A DNA stretch of 64,000 nt, taken from IMG/VR virus record IMGVR_UViG_3300046786_000370, positions 15,927-79,926 of that record; one strand, 5' to 3'. The translations under genes were made by a program, and so were the position numbers. This DNA comes from a virus. Its lineage: Duplodnaviria; Heunggongvirae; Uroviricota; Caudoviricetes. The notes below the pieces were generated by a model. That model searched no databases, had not been told where the DNA came from, and worked only from the letters and a program-made list of their open reading frames with translations. Each line of letters begins with the position of its first letter. The stretch's first letter is position 1. This document shows, in pieces, positions 57,040 through 64,000 of this stretch.

Positions 57040-57342
57040 TTACCTAGTCATACAAGAGTTATAGTAATTTCGTTCACTAGCCTGACATGTTCGTTCGTCG
57101 TAAGTTGTTCGCAATCCGCTACAATTAGCATATCTACGCAGATAAATCTCGCACTGAGCATACCTATTAGGATTAACTGGGTGTATTACTTGCTGTTCGA
57201 CATAAACCCTGGGCTGTGATTGTTGAGCCATACCGTAGCCAATAACTCCGCCGACAACGGCAGGACCTACCCAATGTTGTTGATGCCCGCAACCAGCTAA
57301 ACCGGCTACTAGGGCTGTAATTAGTGCTACTTTCTTAAGCAT
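57040..57342 (-). CDS. putative lipoprotein
   Basis: MLKKVALITALVAGLAGCG signal and lipobox; start moved to the internal Met. Confidence 0.4.
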   Translation of the reverse strand: MLKKVALITALVAGLAGCGHQQHWVGPAVVGGVIGYGMAQQSQPRVYVEQQVIHPVNPNRYAQCEIYLRRYANCSGLRTTYDERTCQASERNYYNSCMTR

Positions 57343-57694
57343 ATTCTTTCTCCTTGACATGCTTGCAGGTTCGACGAAATTGAAAACCACTACAAGTACA
57401 ATGACTTTTGCCACTATCAATGGTTACAGTATAAGTGTCACCTTTACTGCCTTTGACTGTAAAGGTTTTTACCGCAGATACTCGATGTTCCATTACTTGA
57501 TTATTTATAGAAACAATCAGTGACTTTTGAATCACTCTAAATGGAAACTCTGGATTGCCTGTGCTCAAGGCAATCTCTCCAGGTTTTAACCATTTAACTT
57601 GAACTTCATTACCTTCGAATTCAAAGAATTCGGGCTGGTCAAACATCCAAATACCAGGACGATTAAACTGCGGATTTTGTACTTTAACTTTCAT
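57335..57694 (-). CDS. SWIM-type zinc-finger protein
   Basis: C-terminal HCTCSGFQFRRTCKH (CxCxnCxH); promoter -10 abuts the ATG, so the transcript may be leaderless. Confidence 0.45.
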   Translation of the reverse strand: MKVKVQNPQFNRPGIWMFDQPEFFEFEGNEVQVKWLKPGEIALSTGNPEFPFRVIQKSLIVSINNQVMEHRVSAVKTFTVKGSKGDTYTVTIDSGKSHCTCSGFQFRRTCKHVKEKEYA

Positions 57695-57700
57695 ATGTAA

Positions 57701-57729
57701 AGTATAACACCGAACCCAATTTGTGTCAA
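57701..57729 (-). promoter_or_regulatory. sigma70-like promoter TTGACAcaaattgg-N-TATACT
   Basis: 17-nt spacer. Confidence 0.5.
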
Positions 57730-58239
57730 TTAAGCTGTTAAACGTTCTAATTGTTCACGTAATACTTGCTCAATAAAATCGTTGAATGTCATATCACGCT
57801 CATGTGCCATTTTAAATAGAACCATAAGTTCTTCTTCGGGCAAGTCGATGGGAATACTTACGCGAGTATCGTAGTCTTCTCCTGCCGCAATAGCCAATGC
57901 CTTTTGAATCCAATCATCGTCTGACTCTAAATCAACATAGTTGACATCGTCCCATGCTTCGTCTAATGACACATCTCGTTCGGTGCTTTCGCTATCTCGT
58001 TGATCCTTAAAGTCTGGATTAATTCTACGATAAGCACGGTCGTTTTTAAAATCATGACTTTGAACTTCGTAGACTGTTTGTGTCTTAGTATCAAAGATGA
58101 TAGTAAAACTGCGGCCATCGTGGTCGCCATCCCAACTGTCTAAGCTGTAAGCATTGGGTCCATAACATTGCCAACAAAATGTGCTACCTTCAGTAACACG
58201 GTACTCTACTACTTCCATCCATTCTTTCAACGTAATCAT
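57730..58239 (-). CDS. hypothetical acidic protein
   Basis: 169 aa ORF. Confidence 0.4.
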   Translation of the reverse strand: MITLKEWMEVVEYRVTEGSTFCWQCYGPNAYSLDSWDGDHDGRSFTIIFDTKTQTVYEVQSHDFKNDRAYRRINPDFKDQRDSESTERDVSLDEAWDDVNYVDLESDDDWIQKALAIAAGEDYDTRVSIPIDLPEEELMVLFKMAHERDMTFNDFIEQVLREQLERLTA

Positions 58240-58247
58240 ATTAGTCC

Positions 58248-59096
58248 TTAAATTTCAATAAACATTTTAACGTTCCAACCACTGTCAGGTTCGTGTCCTT
58301 CATAGCCACGTGGGTTACATACGACACGAGTTTCACCAATAACATAATCAAAACAATGATGAGTATGACCATGTGTCCACAGTTTAATCTGTGGACGATC
58401 CATAATGAATTCTTCTAAGTTGCTGTGGTAAGCACCATTCATTATGTATTCTCCCTTGTACCACTCGTGAGTGCTTTGATGACTAGGACTGTGATGCCCT
58501 ACTACAACGCACTTCTTATCTTTGTTTTCATCAACTATCAATTTAATATAGTCAACTGTTTGTTTATGACGCATAGCGGTATCAACTGGCTTTAGTCGAG
58601 TAAAATCCAAATCGTCTCGTTTGATAACTTTGTAGTCATTCATCATATCACGGACGCCATGTAGCGTCAATGGATCACCTTTGTTTAGGTCAGTCCATAA
58701 TGTTCCGCCAACAAATACTACATCGTCGATGACTTTACAGTCACGCTCTAGGAAATAAACGTTAGGAAACTTAGCACATTCTTTTCGCAGATGCGTTAAA
58801 CTACCAATCCAACGTCCATGATAAAATTCATGATTGCCTGCTACATAGATGACATGAGGGAATTGAAAACTCACACGTTTTAAGAAGTCCCTAAACCTTA
58901 AAGCAGTTTGTTGCCTGCGTCCAAGATCAGCAAGGTTGACATTGCTGTACATACCGTAATCCATTTCTGGATGGTCGTGGAGATCTTGAGCAACCATAAT
59001 ATCTCCACTAAGGATGAGAACATCGCAGTTCTCATCATTTGAGATATTAACGTCACTGAACTCTAAATGGAGGTCTGATACTACTTTAATTTTCAT
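58248..59096 (-). CDS. calcineurin-like metallophosphoesterase
   Basis: DLH...GDI...GNHE...GHH...GHTH motifs. Confidence 0.6.
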   Translation of the reverse strand: MKIKVVSDLHLEFSDVNISNDENCDVLILSGDIMVAQDLHDHPEMDYGMYSNVNLADLGRRQQTALRFRDFLKRVSFQFPHVIYVAGNHEFYHGRWIGSLTHLRKECAKFPNVYFLERDCKVIDDVVFVGGTLWTDLNKGDPLTLHGVRDMMNDYKVIKRDDLDFTRLKPVDTAMRHKQTVDYIKLIVDENKDKKCVVVGHHSPSHQSTHEWYKGEYIMNGAYHSNLEEFIMDRPQIKLWTHGHTHHCFDYVIGETRVVCNPRGYEGHEPDSGWNVKMFIEI

Positions 59097-59107
59097 AGTT
59101 CATTATA

Positions 59108-59524
59108 CTATGAAGTTGCTGATTGTGTCAACCTTTGTTGGCGTTCAGCTTCGTGTTCATCGCAGAGTGTTTTGATCCAACCACCACTACGTTGATAGCC
59201 AGGCCGGCCACATGTTTCACAAGTATTTCCTGCCCATACTTCTGCCATAGTGACCATGCCTCGAACAGTATCGTCGCCACCATCGTAGTAAAACCGTAGG
59301 CCGCCAAACTTTTCTTTAATTTGTGCCACAACTACTTGAGGAACAACTTCAGAAGTTTTATTCTTCCAATCTAGATGATGTTGAATATTAGCACAAAGGT
59401 TAGTCAGGATCGGCCACCATCCTTCACCACAGCAAAATCCGCCGTAGGGCTCGCTAAACATTTTTGGAAAACGAGTTTCCATTTGTTTAGCGAACTCATC
59501 ATACTTTTCAAATTCGTCAGTCAT
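59108..59524 (-). CDS. hypothetical Cys-containing protein
   Basis: 138 aa ORF with CCGEGW...CETCGRPG. Confidence 0.4.
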   Translation of the reverse strand: MTDEFEKYDEFAKQMETRFPKMFSEPYGGFCCGEGWWPILTNLCANIQHHLDWKNKTSEVVPQVVVAQIKEKFGGLRFYYDGGDDTVRGMVTMAEVWAGNTCETCGRPGYQRSGGWIKTLCDEHEAERQQRLTQSATS

Positions 59525-59751
59525 TTTTTAATTCCAAAGTGCTCTTTAAGTTTGGTAGACATAACATCATAGCGTAAATATCTACCTTGATTTTCTACTA
59601 TATTGGCACATTCTGTAATAATCAACTCGGCATATTTTTTGTTATAATTATCTATTGTCCAATTAGGAATATTATTTCTACAAAAATTATCAGCCTCCTC
59701 AGCAAGCTCTTTGATTCGTTCGTTCATGCTAAACTCCAAACAATACGTCAC
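59521..59751 (-). CDS. NERIKEL-family small protein (paralog A3)
   Basis: MNERIKELAEE...KYAELIITECANIVE. Confidence 0.4.
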   Translation of the reverse strand: MTYCLEFSMNERIKELAEEADNFCRNNIPNWTIDNYNKKYAELIITECANIVENQGRYLRYDVMSTKLKEHFGIKK

Positions 59752-59950
59752 CTGCTAGCTTATCAAATGGTACTCCATAGTCTGCGATGTGTTGGGCATC
59801 ATCTCGTTCGTTTTGCCCTTGACCTACACCAATGTAGTATTTAAAATTAGCTAGCCCTGTTTGACGATAAGTATCACGCTCATGCTCTTGCACAATTTGT
59901 ACAATGCCAATACATTCATTACCAGCATACCAACGCATACCTGTAATCAT
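59729..59950 (-). CDS. hypothetical small protein
   Basis: 73 aa ORF. Confidence 0.35.
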   Translation of the reverse strand: MITGMRWYAGNECIGIVQIVQEHERDTYRQTGLANFKYYIGVGQGQNERDDAQHIADYGVPFDKLAGDVLFGV

Positions 59951-60064
59951 ATTTACTCCTAATTTTTTATATTGCTGCCAACCAAAAGATAAAAACTGCT
60001 ATCCAAGGATGACCAGTAAAGGCAACGAACAATGCCAGAACGGTTCCTAGGAATAGTTTATCGC

Positions 60065-60304
60065 TCATACTTCAAAGTGATCTCGTAGGTCTACTGAAGC
60101 TGCCTTTAGCATAGATGCTACTGCGTCATTGTCATGATCTCGAGCTTTTGATTTAATGATATCCGAGCACTCATTAACTGTAGCAGAAATTACCGCAAGT
60201 ACATAAGCATCGATGGTAGTCTCTAGATTAGTCATATCAATTTTTTTGCCAGCAGTAACTTTGTTATAAGTTTCAGTGGCAATTCGTCTTACATTTTTAT
60301 TCAT
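60065..60304 (-). CDS. hypothetical small protein
   Basis: 79 aa ORF. Confidence 0.35.
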   Translation of the reverse strand: MNKNVRRIATETYNKVTAGKKIDMTNLETTIDAYVLAVISATVNECSDIIKSKARDHDNDAVASMLKAASVDLRDHFEV

Positions 60305-60516
60305 TTTTTAAGTTTTTCCATTAAACGTTCATGTAACCATTCTTCTTCGCCAACAAATGTCGGACATCCTTCAATGAGATCTTCTACAAGAAATTTAACT
60401 TCCATTAATTTCTTTTTAAGTTCAAATGCCGAATATCCGTCATTGCCTGGCCAAGAACATTCATAGGCAATCATTTGTAGATTGCCTTTGATTTCGCTAA
60501 TGCTCCAACTTGGCAT
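60301..60516 (-). CDS. hypothetical small protein
   Basis: 71 aa ORF; ATGA-coupled. Confidence 0.35.
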   Translation of the reverse strand: MPSWSISEIKGNLQMIAYECSWPGNDGYSAFELKKKLMEVKFLVEDLIEGCPTFVGEEEWLHERLMEKLKK

Positions 60517-60518
60517 TA

Positions 60519-60698
60519 TGCAAATTCTGGCTTACGAACACGAACACGTTTAATCTTGCCCAGGTTAGTTTTAATCTCTGCGGCTCGGTCTTGCAACCAG
60601 CTTTCCTTTTCAGCATCTGCCTTAGCACTCTGAAAGTCCTGATAGGTTTTACGAAACTTACCGCATGTTACTGTCCAAGTCATTCCACTCATTTTAAA
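60519..60698 (-). CDS. hypothetical small basic protein (59 aa)
   Basis: ORF MSGMTWTVTCGKFRKTYQDF... with GAGGTA RBS. Confidence 0.35.
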
Positions 60699-60780
60699 TA
60701 CCTCAAAAGTTTAAAAACACAGCCTGATTATACGATGATTCAGATGGGCTGTCAACATCTAAATTCTTCAATAAATAATG

Positions 60781-60954
60781 TATGTTAGAAAAAGTTGACG
60801 AACAAGAAAAAGAAAGACGTTTAAGCATTTGTCGAGAATGTCATCATTATGTTAGTAGAGTCAGTTCTTGTGGTTTTTGTTGGTGTTACTTGCCAATGAA
60901 AACTAGCTATAAACGTAATTCTTGTCCTATTCGTAAATGGGGTTCTAAGAGTTA
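60781..60954 (+). CDS. Cys-rich zinc-ribbon-like small protein (57 aa)
   Basis: Plus-strand ORF in a gap between minus-strand genes; CRECHHY...CGFCWCY...CPIRKW. Confidence 0.3.
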
Positions 60955-61532
60955 AATTTAGGATACATTGATATTTCAGTTATACGCATTGTATCTAAAT
61001 TTGTAAAAGCAAAATCAAATACCTTCATAACTTGATCAATATCAAGTTTACCAATGTCAGGCCAATTAGTACTGTCTTTAGCAACATCGGGCCAACGAGC
61101 ATTTACCCATTCAGTGGCTACCCAGTAAGGTTTTAAGTTGATGGTATGCAATTTCTTTGTTGTATGACTTACAAGTTTCAAATGTCCGTCCTGGTGGCTC
61201 TTATTAATATTATAAGGTACTTTGTTGCCAGGAAAGTCTCCGCCGATACTAGAAACGTTAACAATTAATTTAGATTGATTTTCCCAAATTGTAGTCATTG
61301 ACCTTAGTACCAGTGTTTGGCCAGCATCGTCAGTTTTAAAATTATAAGCATTGTTAACAAAAATATCTGCGTTTTTTGATTCGTTGATAACACGGACTCT
61401 GCCTTCTTCTGTTGAAATGTCATAGCCATTACTTCTAGAAAAACCAAGTACTTGATAATTTTTAGCAATAAAATAATCAGACATAGCTTTACCGATACCA
61501 GCTGTATGTCCTGTTATCGCAACTAATGGCAT
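60945..61532 (-). CDS. SDR-like NAD(P)-binding protein (paralog of 14872..15372)
   Basis: ITGHTAGIG N-terminus. Confidence 0.4.
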   Translation of the reverse strand: MPLVAITGHTAGIGKAMSDYFIAKNYQVLGFSRSNGYDISTEEGRVRVINESKNADIFVNNAYNFKTDDAGQTLVLRSMTTIWENQSKLIVNVSSIGGDFPGNKVPYNINKSHQDGHLKLVSHTTKKLHTINLKPYWVATEWVNARWPDVAKDSTNWPDIGKLDIDQVMKVFDFAFTNLDTMRITEISMYPKFNS

Positions 61533-61849
61533 TATTCTAATCCGTATTTTTTAAGTTCATCGGAATCTGCAACAATCACAGCATCTTTAAATCTGTCGGC
61601 ACACTTCTTTTTGATCTCATTGATATCAGAACCTTGTGCAATAAACCTATCAGTTTCTCTTTCATAAAGATAAAACACACTTCCATGTTTTTCTACATTA
61701 ACATGAATAATTTTATCCTTAAGCTTCTTTGTCAAGTCGTCGATTTCTTCTTGAAGTATCTCGTTTTTTGCTTGAAGATAAAATAAGATAAACTTAGATG
61801 CTAGCCAAACTAAAGCGCAGATGATAATAAATTCTACAGCAAAATCCAT
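61532..61849 (-). CDS. hypothetical protein with an N-terminal TM segment
   Basis: 105 aa ORF. Confidence 0.4.
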   Translation of the reverse strand: MDFAVEFIIICALVWLASKFILFYLQAKNEILQEEIDDLTKKLKDKIIHVNVEKHGSVFYLYERETDRFIAQGSDINEIKKKCADRFKDAVIVADSDELKKYGLE

Positions 61850-62436
61850 TATCTGCTTTCAATAACTTTGTCTGCCAAACCATATTCCATTGCTTGATGT
61901 GCGCTCATGAAATAATCTCGTTCCATGTCACGAGCAAGAGTTTCGTAGTCTTTGCCACGGCTATTATGTCTGACATAAATGTTAGTAAGATTCTTCTTCA
62001 TTTCCAAAATCTCATTAACTTGGATCTGCATATCCGTAGCTTGTCCACGTGCTCCGCCACTGGGTTGGTGAATCATGTGTCTTGCGTTGGGAAGGATGAA
62101 CCGTTTACCCGGCGCTCCGGCTTGGGCGAGTAAACTACCCATTGAGCAGGCCTGCCCCATAACATAAGTGGATACATCTGGTTTGATAAACTGCATTGTA
62201 TCATAAATTGCCATCCCGGCTGTGACACTACCACCTGGGCTGTTAATAAACATTGTAATATCTCTGCTGGCATCTTCGCTTTCCAAGAATAGAAGTTGAC
62301 CTACAATAAGGTTAGCCATTTGATCATGGACTTCGCCTTCCAATAAAATAACACGATCTCGCATTAAGCGACTATACAAATCCATGGCACGTTCACTGTT
62401 GCCAGTACGTTCAAGGACCATTGGGACTAGACTCAT
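61849..62436 (-). CDS. clpP: ATP-dependent Clp protease proteolytic subunit
   Basis: GQACSMGS (catalytic Ser) and HQP (catalytic His) blocks; 195 aa. Confidence 0.8.
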   Translation of the reverse strand: MSLVPMVLERTGNSERAMDLYSRLMRDRVILLEGEVHDQMANLIVGQLLFLESEDASRDITMFINSPGGSVTAGMAIYDTMQFIKPDVSTYVMGQACSMGSLLAQAGAPGKRFILPNARHMIHQPSGGARGQATDMQIQVNEILEMKKNLTNIYVRHNSRGKDYETLARDMERDYFMSAHQAMEYGLADKVIESR

Positions 62437-62440
62437 TTAA

Positions 62441-62611
62441 TTTCCTTTTGTTTAAGTTGTTCTTTAATTGTAACAGGAATATTGTTTTTGTTCAACCTTA
62501 TCTCGTCCATAATGCGTTCAAGATAAGGATCACGATGTTCGTTGTGAGGAGTGTCAGATAAATCTGCAGGAGTTTTTAGTCGGCGAAGGAAGAATTTTAG
62601 CATAATTGTAT
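62441..62611 (-). CDS. hypothetical small protein (56 aa)
   Basis: ORF MLKFFLRRLKTPADLSD... Confidence 0.3.
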
Positions 62612-62628
62612 TTAAATGATTTTGCCAA

Positions 62629-62964
62629 TTATGCTACCACCTCCAGCATATTAGCAGGGACGTTCCACTTTGAAACACCATTCTCTAGAACTGTAATGTT
62701 TTTAATTTTAATTTTTAGCACTGAGCCAGTATGAACTCGACCTGTTTTAGGATGAGTGAACTTAACAGTACTACCTACTGTCACATTTCGCTTGGTTTGC
62801 TTTGTAAGCTGAGCCCGATAGTATCGAATTGCTTCGCCAATGCTAGTCAATTCTTCGTTGGTAAAAGAGCCAAACATAATAGCTTGATTGATTTCTTTAA
62901 TAGACAACATGTCAAATTCCTTATTTGCGAGTAACTGTAGCGATAGCAAAACCTTTGAGTACAA
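62629..62964 (-). CDS. hypothetical protein
   Basis: 111 aa ORF. Confidence 0.4.
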   Translation of the reverse strand: MYSKVLLSLQLLANKEFDMLSIKEINQAIMFGSFTNEELTSIGEAIRYYRAQLTKQTKRNVTVGSTVKFTHPKTGRVHTGSVLKIKIKNITVLENGVSKWNVPANMLEVVA

Positions 62965-63100
62965 TCACAGCACACCATGTATCAAGGTTATAAGGGATTG
63001 CCAAAGCAGGGAAAATTGTATTCAATGCCCATAGTGTAGCAAATGGACCAAGTACAATTAGAGCAAGTGCGACAAGAATAACAACTAGTTCTTTCATTTT
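62927..63100 (-). CDS. small membrane protein (58 aa)
   Basis: ORF MKELVVILVALALIVLGPFATLWALN... Confidence 0.3.
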
Positions 63101-63109
63101 AGTCTCTTA

Positions 63110-63268
63110 AGAGTTAATAGTTTCAAATGGGCTAAGTTCGTCTTGCTCAACTTCCTCAAATACCCAAGTAATAGGTACGTCAAGTTCTCGAGCAATGGTC
63201 ACTGGCAAGTAACCTTCTTCTAGCATATCTTTAATTTCCACGGACAGTTCTGACATTCTGCTCATTGT
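63110..63268 (-). CDS. hypothetical small acidic protein (52 aa)
   Basis: ORF MSRMSELSVEIKDMLEEGY... Confidence 0.3.
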
Positions 63269-63274
63269 TTTTCC

Positions 63275-63538
63275 TTAGGCAAATTCATACATATACTGAG
63301 CAACACTAGGATCCAATTGGATCAACTGTTTTGCGGCAGTAGTCAATTCTTTGTAACGACGATCGACTTCTGCTCGGGGCAATTCGCCATCGCAGGTCAA
63401 GTTCTCAGGACTCAAACTAGAATCAATCATTTCTGCGACTCGACGACGACCTTGAGCAGTTTGAATTTCATACTGTTCGCCTTTGAAAAAACTGTTCCAG
63501 TGATTCTTGTCTGCGATGAATTTGTTTAGTGCTTTCAT
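63275..63538 (-). CDS. hypothetical protein
   Basis: 87 aa ORF. Confidence 0.4.
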   Translation of the reverse strand: MKALNKFIADKNHWNSFFKGEQYEIQTAQGRRRVAEMIDSSLSPENLTCDGELPRAEVDRRYKELTTAAKQLIQLDPSVAQYMYEFA

Positions 63539-63552
63539 TATGAGCTCCTTAA

Positions 63553-63930
63553 TTAAGCGGCTTTACGGAAATATTGATAGGGCAAACCCAAAGTCCAAGC
63601 AAGGTAATCATTGTCGCCTTGCGTACCTTCAGCTTCGTGAATCCAACGCATAGCCATTGCCATGTCCTTGGCACCAATGCTGATCAATTCAGCACAACGG
63701 CGTTCGAACTTTTCAATTGCTTTAGCTTCTTCGATGCCTTGCTGGATATCGTTGGCTTTCATAATCTCAACCAACTCAGCAAACTCTTGGTCGAACTGCT
63801 CCAGGGTCCAAGTAGAAGTATCAATGTGACGAGGACGAATGCCATGGGCATCTTTGTACATATCAGAAAAAGTGGCTTGGGCCTGCTCCAATGGAGTGTA
63901 ATCTTCCCAGCTCTTAAATTCGTTGCTCAT
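63553..63930 (-). CDS. hypothetical protein
   Basis: Start at MSNEFKS with TAAGGAG RBS; perfect promoter immediately upstream. Confidence 0.45.
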   Translation of the reverse strand: MSNEFKSWEDYTPLEQAQATFSDMYKDAHGIRPRHIDTSTWTLEQFDQEFAELVEIMKANDIQQGIEEAKAIEKFERRCAELISIGAKDMAMAMRWIHEAEGTQGDNDYLAWTLGLPYQYFRKAA

Positions 63931-63947
63931 CTTGTGCTCCTTATTAC

Positions 63948-63986
63948 TTACTATACTTCGTATTATACAGTAGGACCCAATTTGTG
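63948..63986 (-). promoter_or_regulatory. consensus sigma70 promoter TTGACA-N17-TATAAT
   Basis: Minus-strand sequence TTGACAcaaattgggtcctactgTATAAT, followed about 30 nt later by TAAGGAG and the ATG. Confidence 0.65.
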
Positions 63987-64000
63987 TCAATTAAACGTAT

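Noticed and set aside
1-64000. CRISPR arrays, integrases or transposases
   Set aside because: No direct-repeat/spacer architecture and no recombinase-like ORFs were found. The repeated elements are promoters and inverted repeats.

Overview
AT-rich segment of what looks like a large virulent-phage (jumbo or T4-like) genome, not a cellular chromosome. Almost every gene lies on the minus strand. Small ORFs are tightly packed and often coupled through overlapping ATGA or TAATG stop/start junctions. A conserved sigma70-type promoter module (TTGACAcAAATT-N-TATAAT) recurs at least 12 times, always firing on the minus strand. I count about 35 minus-strand tRNA genes in four islands (21.8-22.7 kb, 33.7-35.0 kb, 43.0-46.6 kb, 47.3-49.2 kb). 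Together they cover all 20 amino acids, and several isoacceptors are present twice with divergent sequence. Metabolic genes recognisable by motif are aspartate racemase, a DAACS symporter, an amino-acid binding protein, isocitrate lyase, a TerC-family protein, a PTPS/QueD-like protein, dCMP deaminase, a 7Fe ferredoxin, IscA, a BI-1 family protein, four fatty-acid desaturases, ACP, three radical SAM enzymes (one B12-binding, one SPASM-like), a PP-loop ATPase, an HldE-domain-I-like sugar kinase, two SAM-decarboxylase-like proteins, a GH19 endolysin, ClpP and an SPFH lipoprotein. At least 17 small paralogous 2OG-Fe(II)/cupin-type oxygenases (HxD...H...R) are scattered through the region. A 12-gene tandem array of small paralogs sharing a C-terminal F-x-L-[KR]-W-S/GG tail sits at 49.3-52.5 kb. 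The most striking single locus is an RF1-type class-I release factor lacking domain 1 whose reading frame contains one in-frame TGA; it lies between a Cys-based phosphatase and a metallophosphoesterase. All tRNA anticodons and coordinates were folded by eye, so treat them as accurate to about 2 nt and provisional. No CRISPR array or transposase was seen.
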